DNA from: an uncultured virus (IMG/VR IMGVR_UViG_3300035520_001855)
Taxonomy: Duplodnaviria > Heunggongvirae > Uroviricota > Caudoviricetes
IMG/VR virus record: IMGVR_UViG_3300035520_001855
Strand: one strand, 5' to 3'
DNA: 64,000 bases
The notes beneath the pieces were generated by a model, which saw nothing but the letters and a program-made list of their open reading frames with translations, was not told where the DNA came from and made no database searches. Made by a program: the position numbers and the translations under genes. This document shows, piece after piece, positions 18,315-27,580 of the stretch (position 1 is the first letter of the stretch; every line of letters starts with the position of its first letter).

Positions 18315-18908
18315 TTAGAATAGATATGTAATAGATGATGGTTCGTTAAATGGAATGAAGTGTGTTGAATTGAATACCACATTATCAGTAATAGAAAATT
18401 CCACTAAAATAGCTTCTGCTATTTTGTCATTAATTTGTGTCTTAAATAAAGGAGTCAATTGAGTATATTTATCATAGAAATCCATATTAGTATAACTTTC
18501 TCCTGATTTCCAATTACATTCTGCTTCAATAACTATACCCTTATTGTTACTACCACTATTACTATGGTTACTAATCTTCATATACACCTGTATACAACAA
18601 ACACTTACATATCGTCTTCCTGTCATATATTTTAATGAAATATCCGCCATGTATCCATTACTGTCCTGCTCTATTTTTTCAATGTGAAATGGATTTATTT
18701 CAATATCAAAATTAACATACTGTAACAACTCATAAGGTTGTACATTGAGGTAATTACATAGTTTGTTTACTGTATCATATTGAATACCTGTACTGTTATT
18801 GTTTATCAATGATGATAAAGTTGGTCTTGATATACCAGTATCTTTGGCTACTTTTGTAGCTGTTAACCCCCTTTCAGTAAGCAGTACAGCTAAATTGCAT
18901 AATACCAT
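18315..18908 (-). CDS. XRE/Cro-C1 HTH transcriptional regulator
   Basis: ERGLTATKVAKDTGISRPTLSSL..LCNYLNVQPYELL; ends SITYLF. Confidence 0.85.
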   Translation of the reverse strand: MVLCNLAVLLTERGLTATKVAKDTGISRPTLSSLINNNSTGIQYDTVNKLCNYLNVQPYELLQYVNFDIEINPFHIEKIEQDSNGYMADISLKYMTGRRYVSVCCIQVYMKISNHSNSGSNNKGIVIEAECNWKSGESYTNMDFYDKYTQLTPLFKTQINDKIAEAILVEFSITDNVVFNSTHFIPFNEPSSITYLF

Positions 18909-18912
18909 AACA

Positions 18913-19302
18913 TTATACCTCCATGAATTCAGATTTCGAAATATCCTCTAAACCATCTGGAATATCAAAGTCAATAATAACCTCTAAGTCACTAACTAAA
19001 TCACCTCGCTCATTAGAGTCTCTCCATATCAAATTATCTTCCCCGATGCTTATTAAAGAATAGCCATATCCTTCATCAGTATAATGTTTATCACATATAT
19101 CACTTAAAACATTTTCGAATTCTCTATATTCTTCTGAGTATTCATTTATATATTCAAAACCGAGCATATAAACTTCTACGCCATTAGAATTTGTATACTT
19201 ATATGTGTGCCCTGGTAAGTAGTTTAATCGTGTAAGAACTTCTTTTATTTTTATATAAGCCTTTTCCTCACATTGAATCATAAAATCGCACATGTAACTC
19301 AT
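18913..19302 (-). CDS. Hypothetical protein
   Basis: ORF with GAGGAG RBS. Confidence 0.7.
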   Translation of the reverse strand: MSYMCDFMIQCEEKAYIKIKEVLTRLNYLPGHTYKYTNSNGVEVYMLGFEYINEYSEEYREFENVLSDICDKHYTDEGYGYSLISIGEDNLIWRDSNERGDLVSDLEVIIDFDIPDGLEDISKSEFMEV

Positions 19303-19325
19303 TAAATTTTTCTCCTCTCATTTTG

Positions 19326-20033
19326 TTAAAATAAATTTTGTGATTGTTGCTTTGTTGTTGCCATTGACTTAACCCATTTTGATAAGATATAATTTTTGAT
19401 CAAATTTTCTGTATCCTGCTGAGCTGCTAACTTTTGACTTTCATTCAAATTTTCTTGAGTGAATTTAACTATCAATTCACACTCATAAAATTTACCACTT
19501 ATGTCATCATATAAGATCAAACGGTTTTTAGCCTTTGATAAGTAAATTGCTGAATATTCAAGCTTATGCATCCATTCTTTTGCTGTTTCCTGTGGATCTT
19601 TATAGAAGGGAATAATGTTCCTAATCATATTATCTGCAAACATCCAAATACCAACTTCTGTATTGATTAAAAACACATACTCGGCTAATTCTTTAGCTTT
19701 TTCAATCTGCTTAATATTTATATTGTTTCTATTTGCAAAATCTTCACAAACTTCATCATCAAATCTAGATAAGTCAACAATTGATGCATTGTTTGGTACT
19801 AATGTTCCTTTTGTTATTGTTGAACTGTAACATAGAAAAAGTGCACCAAGTTCAGCTAAGCAAAAGAACACAGCAAATCCTATAAATATTTTTCCTAAGA
19901 ATTGTACATCACCCTCCACACTACTTAATCCATACATACCTAATATAATTGACACAATCACTGTAAAGACTGACTTTAAATTAAGAAATACTGGAATGTG
20001 ATTTGCTAAATACTTTCCAAATGATATTTTCAT
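19326..20033 (-). CDS. Hypothetical membrane protein (2 TM)
   Basis: Two hydrophobic segments; RBS TAGGAGG overlaps upstream stop; ends QSQNLF. Confidence 0.7.
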   Translation of the reverse strand: MKISFGKYLANHIPVFLNLKSVFTVIVSIILGMYGLSSVEGDVQFLGKIFIGFAVFFCLAELGALFLCYSSTITKGTLVPNNASIVDLSRFDDEVCEDFANRNNINIKQIEKAKELAEYVFLINTEVGIWMFADNMIRNIIPFYKDPQETAKEWMHKLEYSAIYLSKAKNRLILYDDISGKFYECELIVKFTQENLNESQKLAAQQDTENLIKNYILSKWVKSMATTKQQSQNLF

Positions 20034-20043
20034 ATTAAACCTC

Positions 20044-20760
20044 CTAAAATAAATTTGTTGTATCAGATGTTGTTGATATTGATACACACTTATCATTGAT
20101 AATCTCAAATCGGTATTTGTCATCTGCTAAAGCGTTGATTGTCACATCAACTGTAACATCACTAAATCCTTGACTCTTTAAATACCCTTTGTAGTGCTCA
20201 AGGCACACACGCCATATTGAATATCTATTATTTATATCCATGTCCAAATCTATTCTCTGTGTCTTGCCGTCTATTTTGTCTGTAAAGATTACTGTCATGC
20301 AGTCGTAATCAGATGTATATGCCGGTTTGTCTTTATCTAAACGAACAGTATATAAATATGTTGGACCAAAGATATGGTCATTGTCTATCTTATTTATTAA
20401 ATCTACATCTTCCAACTTTATAGCACGTTCAGGATTTGCATAGATTTGTCCTTGTAATTCAATTATCCCTAAATGTGTTAATTCAATACTATCTAAACTC
20501 CATACCTCACCAGTCAACTCCCTATCTGGTACTTGATTTTGTGTTGGAATATATGCATTCACATTATAAGCAGCATACAAATGAAGTGTTTGATTTGACC
20601 ATGGTTCTATTGCTGAGATGGCTCCTTCAATAAAAGGTGACAGACACACTCGTGGTATTTGCTTGTCTTCCCCATCTCCTGTAATACTTGGAACTCGTGG
20701 TTGTAAAACTAAATCTACTAAAACTTCCGCTGATACATGATACAATACTGTAAAAACCAT
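20044..20760 (-). CDS. Putative phage-type ADP-ribosyltransferase-fold protein
   Basis: LYHVS..PRVP..EDKQIPRVCLSP..TGEVW; ends DTTNLF. Confidence 0.45.
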   Translation of the reverse strand: MVFTVLYHVSAEVLVDLVLQPRVPSITGDGEDKQIPRVCLSPFIEGAISAIEPWSNQTLHLYAAYNVNAYIPTQNQVPDRELTGEVWSLDSIELTHLGIIELQGQIYANPERAIKLEDVDLINKIDNDHIFGPTYLYTVRLDKDKPAYTSDYDCMTVIFTDKIDGKTQRIDLDMDINNRYSIWRVCLEHYKGYLKSQGFSDVTVDVTINALADDKYRFEIINDKCVSISTTSDTTNLF

Positions 20761-20793
20761 TTAATATCACCACCTAAAATACTGATGTTGTTT

Positions 20794-21396
20794 CTAGATT
20801 ACTTTCTGGTTTAGGTACTTCAAAAAAAGTTGCACATTTCTCGAATCAAGCAATTTAGAATGTGTGAGCTTTATGCTATACTTTTTAATAAGTCTTTTAA
20901 TTATTGGCACATCAATAGACTGAATTGCCAACGTTGTTATTGGACAAATTATGTCAATGTTATCAATAACGTGCTGCTCCAGCATGACTTCGCTTATTTT
21001 ATTGCTCATAATTATATCTACCTTGTCACACATATTGAATAAATGTAAGTAGTCAAGAAGTGCTTCTGGATTAAATATCGAATGTACCTCAATATCAATA
21101 TTTTGAACATTAACCCAATTTGCAGGGTGCATGTCATCCTGTGTGATTAAAACAACTCTATTTGCCAGACTGCAAATATACCCAATACCATGAGCTTTCA
21201 AATATCTATTATCAAATACTGCAATATTTACATTTCGCTTGTCTGGAAAGATGCTATTATTTACACCTAAATTGTCTAATGTTTTTCCTGAGCAAACAAC
21301 CCAAGAACTTGATTCACCTCTCACTAAATAATCATGTAACAGTCCTTCTATGTCCCCATCCGAAGTAAAATGCATTGTTGTTATAGGTCTTTCCAT
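20794..21396 (-). CDS. Degenerate RibD-C/DHFR-like protein; 3' end possibly frameshifted
   Basis: TSDG N-terminal motif, IDNIDIICPI; an alternative frame after a T7 run ends ETTSVF at 20774. Confidence 0.4.
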   Translation of the reverse strand: MERPITTMHFTSDGDIEGLLHDYLVRGESSSWVVCSGKTLDNLGVNNSIFPDKRNVNIAVFDNRYLKAHGIGYICSLANRVVLITQDDMHPANWVNVQNIDIEVHSIFNPEALLDYLHLFNMCDKVDIIMSNKISEVMLEQHVIDNIDIICPITTLAIQSIDVPIIKRLIKKYSIKLTHSKLLDSRNVQLFLKYLNQKVI

Positions 21397-21425
21397 AACG
21401 ACATCTCCCCCCCCCTTATTAAATA

Positions 21426-21881
21426 TTAAGTGTCCATTTTGTTATATATTGTTTCAACAATATAATTAAGTCCTGTCACCCACCATTCACAATTTGCTGG
21501 TACAATAATGTTTCCACTATAATCATAAAAGTGTACAATTGGCAATCCCTCGTATTTTGGTTCAAGCAAGTAGATATTGTGTTTAATTTTTTCTATGCAT
21601 GCTTGTAATATTTTGGTATGAAATTCAGTTTCGTCTATCCTAAATTTACCAAATTGCTGTTGTAACTTTTGTCCCCTTTCTTTCGCCATATATCCATAAT
21701 AATACTTAAGTTCTTCTTTTTCTGGTATATCAGGCAAACCTAAATAGTAATAGTATGCTTCTACTGACTGGAAAACACCTTCAGGTGTTGCTATTGGACA
21801 ATGATAAAAATTAGATAGCATTCTACCAACTTTCAAGGTACTTTTTGAATAAGCATTTATATAGTCAATTCCTTCTATCAT
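21426..21881 (-). CDS. Phage-type NADAR-like protein
   Basis: INAYSKS..GRMLSNFYHCPI..GVFQSVEAYY. Confidence 0.6.
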   Translation of the reverse strand: MIEGIDYINAYSKSTLKVGRMLSNFYHCPIATPEGVFQSVEAYYYYLGLPDIPEKEELKYYYGYMAKERGQKLQQQFGKFRIDETEFHTKILQACIEKIKHNIYLLEPKYEGLPIVHFYDYSGNIIVPANCEWWVTGLNYIVETIYNKMDT

Positions 21882-21962
21882 GTTAAACCTCCAAATCTTT
21901 ATTTAATTTCACCACCATTATATGTCCTGAAATTATACAACAATTGGAAGATACATTTAGAC

Positions 21963-22487
21963 TTAATAACAAACTTGTTGTGGTATCCAGTTTGTTGTGC
22001 CTGGCACGGTGACTTCTTTACTGTCACTATCCCATACAACATCAATCCCTTTATTTCTTAAAACACTTAGTGGTACATAATTAAATCCATTCCTGTTAAT
22101 TATATCTGCTTCTTGAATGTTATTAATTTCTTCTGAAGCTGCTCCAGGTAGACTTTCATACCACATATCCCCATCACGTTTAATATAATAAATTGATTTA
22201 GTACCATCTCCAATTGGTTGATTATAATAAATCATAATCGTATCAGGTCTTCCCTGTGAATCTGTCAGATATCCTACTGCAAAGTTTCCACCAATTTCAA
22301 GCTTCAGCTCTCTAAATAGATTCAAAGGTACATATGTTTTGTTTTCATGCAATATCGCCTGCTGTTTAACCATTCCATCACGTGTATTTATATAGCAAGC
22401 AATTATACTATCTTCTGTTTGTGCATATGTCTGCGTTACTAATGTTGTAGTTGCTAAAAGTAAACTAATTAATCCCTTCATAATCAT
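21963..22487 (-). CDS. Secreted protein with copper-amine-oxidase-N/stalk-like domain
   Basis: Signal peptide ending TYA; TYVPL, YVPL..VVWDSDSKEV. Confidence 0.7.
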   Translation of the reverse strand: MIMKGLISLLLATTTLVTQTYAQTEDSIIACYINTRDGMVKQQAILHENKTYVPLNLFRELKLEIGGNFAVGYLTDSQGRPDTIMIYYNQPIGDGTKSIYYIKRDGDMWYESLPGAASEEINNIQEADIINRNGFNYVPLSVLRNKGIDVVWDSDSKEVTVPGTTNWIPQQVCY

Positions 22488-22510
22488 TCCCCCTAAATTA
22501 ATTATATTTA

Positions 22511-23053
22511 TTATAAATCATTCATTTTTACTATGTTCTGCTTGCCGATGTTGTATTTCATGATGTCAATTGCATTGTTATGTAACTGAGTACCACCTGT
22601 GCTTGCGCAGCAATCTTCTATTACTATGCAATGTATGCCCTTACCAAATAAATCCATCACAGTTGATAACACACAAGCATCAGTATTAAAACCTGCTAAA
22701 TAAACTGTATCAATTCCATACTCTCTAAAGAAATTTGAAAGAACTGTTGATGCTGCAGTATATCCTTGTTTTTGAATCACCCTATCTGCTACCTCCTTGA
22801 CAGTAGCATCTAGCCTAATGTCATTTGGTGTCAAACAACCTCTGTAGTCTAACTCCTCAACATATATACTGTCTGCTGTGTTTATGAATTGTGTTGCAAC
22901 AATTTTGTTAAAGTCTACCCCCTGAAGTAAACCATATATATTGCTGAGCGTTTCAGCTGTTTCATCTGTAATGAAAGCTTCCTGAACATCAATTAATAAC
23001 AAACAACTGTTGTTTGAATATTCGCTAAAAAGTTCTGTTGTGTTCGTTAACAT
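22511..23053 (-). CDS. Isochorismatase/nicotinamidase-family cysteine hydrolase
   Basis: LLLIDVQEAF, KQGYT, AGFNTDACVLST, VIEDCCAS. Confidence 0.9.
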   Translation of the reverse strand: MLTNTTELFSEYSNNSCLLLIDVQEAFITDETAETLSNIYGLLQGVDFNKIVATQFINTADSIYVEELDYRGCLTPNDIRLDATVKEVADRVIQKQGYTAASTVLSNFFREYGIDTVYLAGFNTDACVLSTVMDLFGKGIHCIVIEDCCASTGGTQLHNNAIDIMKYNIGKQNIVKMNDL

Positions 23054-23128
23054 ATTTATTACCCCCTAATCTAGATTTCAGGAAAATATAATAAAATTAT
23101 TTGATAATAATGAAGATAAGCTACACAT

Positions 23129-23162
23129 ATAAAAAGGTGGACATTATGTCCACCTTTTTATC
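23129..23162. terminator. Intrinsic terminator after the repeat-protein array
   Basis: ataaaaaggtggacat-t-atgtccacctttttat. Confidence 0.8.
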
Positions 23163-23199
23163 TTTTTGTTGTTTATTAAAATAAATTTGTGTGAGTTTG

Positions 23200-24030
23200 C
23201 TAGTTTGTATCTGTGTTTGATGATGGTTGGTTTTTCTTTAGCTCCGTGAATATCTCTTTCATCTGCATAAAATTCGTATCTGGGTCTGCATATGTTGACA
23301 CATCCAATCCCTGTTTCAAGCCTTTATAGATAAATGTCATTTGCCTATAGTTGAATTTTGTATCCGCATATAAAGAGACATCTATATTATTTTTTAATCC
23401 ATAATATATGACTTCCATTTGCCGATAGTTAAACTTTGACTTGGCATAAATGAATACATTTATATTAGACTCAAGACCTTTACGTATCATATACATCTGA
23501 TTATCATCAAACTCTGGTTTAGCATAGATTGAGACGTCTACATTGCTTTCGAGACCTCTGCGAATCTGTTCCATTTGTTGAAAATCAAATTCTTTATTAG
23601 TGTAATTTGTGACATCTACTTTTTTTTTTAAACCTAAATATATTTGTTCCATTTGATTCTCACTAAACTCAGGATTTGCATAAATTGAAATATCTACATT
23701 TTCTTTTAGTCCCATACGAATTCTATCCATCTGCCCAGCTCTAAATTCTGGTTTAGCATACACCGTCACATCAATACCTGCTTTTAAACCAAAGTAAATA
23801 GCGCACATCTGGGATGAGTTAAAGATTGATTTAGCATACAGCGAAACATCTAACCCATCTTCAAGACCAGAATAAATGACATACATTTGATCCCGATTAA
23901 ATTCAGGCTTTGCATATATTGAGACATCAAAATCTGCTTTCAATCCCTGTGAGATTATTTCTAATTGGTATTTGTCAAAACCTTGAGATTCATAGATTTT
24001 TAGCTGTTCTCTGACTTGTTCATCCGTCAT
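23200..24030 (-). CDS. 26-aa-repeat protein, 8 internal repeats
   Basis: DVSIYAKPEFxxxQMxxIxxGLxxGL units with N- and C-caps. Confidence 0.9.
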   Translation of the reverse strand: MTDEQVREQLKIYESQGFDKYQLEIISQGLKADFDVSIYAKPEFNRDQMYVIYSGLEDGLDVSLYAKSIFNSSQMCAIYFGLKAGIDVTVYAKPEFRAGQMDRIRMGLKENVDISIYANPEFSENQMEQIYLGLKKKVDVTNYTNKEFDFQQMEQIRRGLESNVDVSIYAKPEFDDNQMYMIRKGLESNINVFIYAKSKFNYRQMEVIYYGLKNNIDVSLYADTKFNYRQMTFIYKGLKQGLDVSTYADPDTNFMQMKEIFTELKKNQPSSNTDTN

Positions 24031-24043
24031 AATTGTCTACCTC

Positions 24044-24718
24044 TTAAAATAAACTTGTGTTTGTGATTGTGTTTGATTCTAATAATTTTTCACGGATTTG
24101 TTTCATTTGTCCTAACGATATGTTAGGGTCGGCATAAACTGAAACGTCTAAACCTTCTTTAAGACCTTTACGGATTTCTTCCATCTGGAGTGCATCAAAT
24201 TCTGACCTTGCGTATATAGAAACGTCTAGACTTTCTTCGATACCTTTACGGATTTCTTCCATCTGAAATGAATCAAATTCTGGTTTTGCATATGATGAGA
24301 CATCAATCTTTTTTTCAAGACCTATACTGATTTCTTCCATTTGCTGATGAGTAAACTCTGGTTTAGCAAATATTGAGACGTCTAAACCAAGATCAAAACC
24401 ATAACGAATTTCAGCCATCTGTCGAAAATTGAACTCTGGTTTGGCATATACTGATATATCATAGTTACTCTGTAGACCATAAAGGATTTCCTGCATCTGA
24501 CCTTTATCAAATTCTGGTTTTGCATAGATTGAGACATCTACACCGCTTAAAAGACCTAAACGAATCTTATCCATCTGCCCTGGCTTAAATTCATGCTTAG
24601 CATAAATGGAAACGTCTAAACCTTTCCAAAGTCCTCCACAAATTTGATCCATCTGATATTCATCAAAACCTTGTGATTCATAAAAACTTATCTGTTCTAG
24701 AATTTGTTCCTCTGTCAT
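24044..24718 (-). CDS. 26-aa-repeat protein, 6 internal repeats
   Basis: Same architecture; ends TNTSLF. Confidence 0.9.
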   Translation of the reverse strand: MTEEQILEQISFYESQGFDEYQMDQICGGLWKGLDVSIYAKHEFKPGQMDKIRLGLLSGVDVSIYAKPEFDKGQMQEILYGLQSNYDISVYAKPEFNFRQMAEIRYGFDLGLDVSIFAKPEFTHQQMEEISIGLEKKIDVSSYAKPEFDSFQMEEIRKGIEESLDVSIYARSEFDALQMEEIRKGLKEGLDVSVYADPNISLGQMKQIREKLLESNTITNTSLF

Positions 24719-24731
24719 AAATGATTACCTC

Positions 24732-25175
24732 CTAAAATAATGATGTGGTTTGTAAACTATGCTGTTTAGATTCTAGATCTTCACGAGTTTTATTCATCTG
24801 CTCGCTACTGATGTCCGACCTTGCATAAGCTGAAATATCTATACCTTCTTCAAGCCCTCTACGTATTTCATACATCTGGTAGTTGTCAAATTCTGGTTTA
24901 GCATATAAAGATATGTTTACACCATTTTCAAGTCCCCAACGAATTTCTTCCATTTGACAAGCATTAAATTCAGGTTTAGCATATGCTGTGACATCTAAGT
25001 TAGATTGAAGTCCTGCAAGAATTTGACTCATTTGACCTCCATCAAATTCACGTTTAGCATATATGGATATATCTAAACCAGCCCTAATACCAATTCTGAT
25101 GTACGATAGCTGATTGTCATCAAAGCCCTGAGCTTTATAAAGTTTGAGCTGGTCGTTGATTTTTTCCTCTGTCAT
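24732..25175 (-). CDS. 26-aa-repeat protein, 3 internal repeats
   Basis: Same architecture; ends QTTSLF. Confidence 0.9.
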   Translation of the reverse strand: MTEEKINDQLKLYKAQGFDDNQLSYIRIGIRAGLDISIYAKREFDGGQMSQILAGLQSNLDVTAYAKPEFNACQMEEIRWGLENGVNISLYAKPEFDNYQMYEIRRGLEEGIDISAYARSDISSEQMNKTREDLESKQHSLQTTSLF

Positions 25176-25188
25176 AATCCCTTACCTC

Positions 25189-25875
25189 CTAATAAATTTG
25201 TTGTTGTGTTAGCATCTGTATCTGATTTTTATTCTTTTCAAGATCTTCACGAATCTGTTTCATCTGTTCTGCTGATATGTTAGGGTCAGCATATGATGAA
25301 ACGTCTAAACCAGCTTCAAGACCTACACGAATTTCCCACATTTGTAACCAGGTAAATTCTGGTTTGGCGTAGATGGAGACGTCTAAACCTTCTTCAAGAC
25401 CTTTATAGATTTGCCCCCTTTGCTCACCGTTGAAATCTTGTTTAACAAAGATAGAAACGTCTAAACCATCTTCAATACCTTCACAAATTGTATACATTCT
25501 ATCATTGTTGAATTCTGGTTTTGCATAGATAGATACGTCAATACCTTTTTCAAGACCTCGGCGGATTTCCCACATTTGAGCCCAATTAAACTCATGTTTA
25601 GCATAAATCGAAATGTCTACACCTTCTTCAAGACCTCTACGAATTTCTTCCAATTGATGACCCTCAAATCCTTGTTTTGCATAGATTGAAATGTCTAAAC
25701 CATGTTCAAGACCTACACGAATTTCAGCCATTTGATCAGAGTCAAATTTTATATCAGCATAAATGGAAACGTCTACACCGCTTTTAAGACCTAGACGAAT
25801 TTCTGTCATTTGATCACAAGAAAAGTGCTTGGATTCATAATTTCTTAATTGTTCTTGGATTTGTTGTTCTGTCAT
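25189..25875 (-). CDS. 26-aa-repeat protein, 6 internal repeats
   Basis: Same architecture; tail motif out of frame. Confidence 0.9.
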   Translation of the reverse strand: MTEQQIQEQLRNYESKHFSCDQMTEIRLGLKSGVDVSIYADIKFDSDQMAEIRVGLEHGLDISIYAKQGFEGHQLEEIRRGLEEGVDISIYAKHEFNWAQMWEIRRGLEKGIDVSIYAKPEFNNDRMYTICEGIEDGLDVSIFVKQDFNGEQRGQIYKGLEEGLDVSIYAKPEFTWLQMWEIRVGLEAGLDVSSYADPNISAEQMKQIREDLEKNKNQIQMLTQQQIY

Positions 25876-25888
25876 AATAAGTTGCCTC

Positions 25889-26482
25889 CTAAAATAAGTT
25901 TGTTGTGGTTGGTTTTTTACTTAACAAATCTTTACGAATTTGTTCCATTTGTTTCGATGGTGTATTTTGGTCAGCATATGTCAAGATGTTAATTCCCTGT
26001 TCAAGTCCTAGTCGGATTTGTCCCATTTGTTTTGAATTGAATTTTGGGTTTGCATAAACTGAGACGTCTACACCGTGCTGGAGACCTAAACAAATCTGAC
26101 TCATTTGCCTCACGCTAAATTCTGGCTTTGCGAAGGATGTGACGTCTATACCATCTTGCAAGTCTTCACGAAGTTCATACATTTGGTCAATGCTAAATTC
26201 TGGTTTTGCATATTTAGAAGCATCTACACCAGCTTCAAGACCAAGACGAATCTGTTCCATCTGTCCCTGACTAAACCTTATATCTGTATATATTGAGACA
26301 TCAATTCCTGACTTAAAACCATCAAGAATCTCCCTCATTTGAGCATGATCGAATCCACGTTCAGCATAGATTGATATATCTAAATTATTTCTGAATCCGG
26401 TATAAATCACACTCATTTGAAGGTCTGTGAACCCACTAGATTCATAGGTTTTCATATGTTCTTGAATCTGTTGTTCTGTCAT
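25889..26482 (-). CDS. 26-aa-repeat protein, 5 internal repeats
   Basis: Same architecture, MTEQQ start; ends TTTNLF. Confidence 0.9.
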   Translation of the reverse strand: MTEQQIQEHMKTYESSGFTDLQMSVIYTGFRNNLDISIYAERGFDHAQMREILDGFKSGIDVSIYTDIRFSQGQMEQIRLGLEAGVDASKYAKPEFSIDQMYELREDLQDGIDVTSFAKPEFSVRQMSQICLGLQHGVDVSVYANPKFNSKQMGQIRLGLEQGINILTYADQNTPSKQMEQIRKDLLSKKPTTTNLF

Positions 26483-26499
26483 AAGCATCACCTCCTAAA

Positions 26500-26727
26500 T
26501 CATACTTCTCTTATTTTTAGACTTGCCACACCTGCATATAAACATGTTAATATACCTGCAATAAAGCATATTGGTGTATATATAAATATGAAACTGTCTT
26601 CAGAAAAGAGATTAGTTACAATTTTTATCAGTGTCTTAATTGCTAAAATACTTACTGGAATTAGTACTGCAGAGAAAACAAATATATCTGCAGCTATTGT
26701 TATCAATGTTTCTAAATGGTCTTTCAT
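26500..26727 (-). CDS. Small 2-TM membrane protein
   Basis: Two hydrophobic helices; fits between neighbours. Confidence 0.6.
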   Translation of the reverse strand: MKDHLETLITIAADIFVFSAVLIPVSILAIKTLIKIVTNLFSEDSFIFIYTPICFIAGILTCLYAGVASLKIREV

Positions 26728-26760
26728 TATGATTCACACCCCTGTAATTTATAGTGATAA

Positions 26761-27366
26761 TTATTCTCCATCTGGAATGAGACCTACTAAATCTTGTATT
26801 GATGGTCTTTTCTGTGTTCTCACATTTTGCATAATTTGCTCTACAACTTCCTCATGTTCCTCTGATTCAGTCGTTGTCTCAGTAAATTGCTCTTTCTTTT
26901 CTTGAATGATGTTCTTAGTATCATCCAGGATATTATCCTTTATTGAGCTAATTGCATTTGCTGCTGTGTCTAGAACCTCTGCTGTTTTTGAGTTAGCATC
27001 CCAATTAACTTCATAACCTGCTAAAGTAGTAAGCTCACGAAGTGGTAAATAAATCCTATTATCAACATTAATAACTTTATTTTCTAAAGTTCCATAATCT
27101 TTTACATAACTGTTTACTGTGTTAAGGACTATGACTTTTGAGTCCTTACTAAATGTTACTGTCTTTGTTGTTGCTTCCCAATCAACTGTGTATCCAAGTT
27201 TTTCAAATACACCACGCACTGGTATGTATGTTCTGCTGTCACTAATAATGCAATCAAAACTTTCCCCCGATATTTTGACTGTTGGAATCTGACTTGCTTT
27301 TACTGTTGCTGGAAATGTAAATAAAATTGTTGTAGCTATTGCTACTGCTAAAATGTGTTTCTTCAT
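26761..27366 (-). CDS. Secreted copper-amine-oxidase-N (stalk) domain protein
   Basis: Signal peptide ending VKA; RTYIPVRGVFEKLGYTVDWE, RIYLPLREL..GYEVNWD. Confidence 0.85.
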   Translation of the reverse strand: MKKHILAVAIATTILFTFPATVKASQIPTVKISGESFDCIISDSRTYIPVRGVFEKLGYTVDWEATTKTVTFSKDSKVIVLNTVNSYVKDYGTLENKVINVDNRIYLPLRELTTLAGYEVNWDANSKTAEVLDTAANAISSIKDNILDDTKNIIQEKKEQFTETTTESEEHEEVVEQIMQNVRTQKRPSIQDLVGLIPDGE

Positions 27367-27484
27367 ATTAAAACCTCCCTATTACTTAACATGATTTACA
27401 CTAATGTATACTTGGTTCACTTGTATAAATAAAAGATAAAAAACTTCTAATAATACTAACTTACTCTAGCTATTAATACATAAA

Positions 27485-27562
27485 TATTAAATTTAGGGAT
27501 TTAAACAAGATGTAAATCCCTAAATTTAATATGGGAAGTTAACATAATTATGTTAACTTCCC
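27485..27562. terminator. Two adjacent inverted repeats (terminator and/or operator)
   Basis: atattaaatttagggattta../..taaatccctaaatttaatat, then the perfect palindrome gggaagttaacataattatgttaacttccc. Confidence 0.6.
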
Positions 27563-27580
27563 AGTTACTAATTAAAAATA

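Noticed and set aside
23200..26482. Diversity-generating retroelement target
   Set aside because: No reverse transcriptase or TR/VR pair in the window; variation is not visibly adenine-restricted
26417..26905. 162-aa plus-strand ORF and the other short antisense or nested ORFs in the track (e.g. 41587-41991, 52509-52943, 53027-53458)
   Set aside because: They are shadows of well-supported minus-strand genes, with no RBS or motifs
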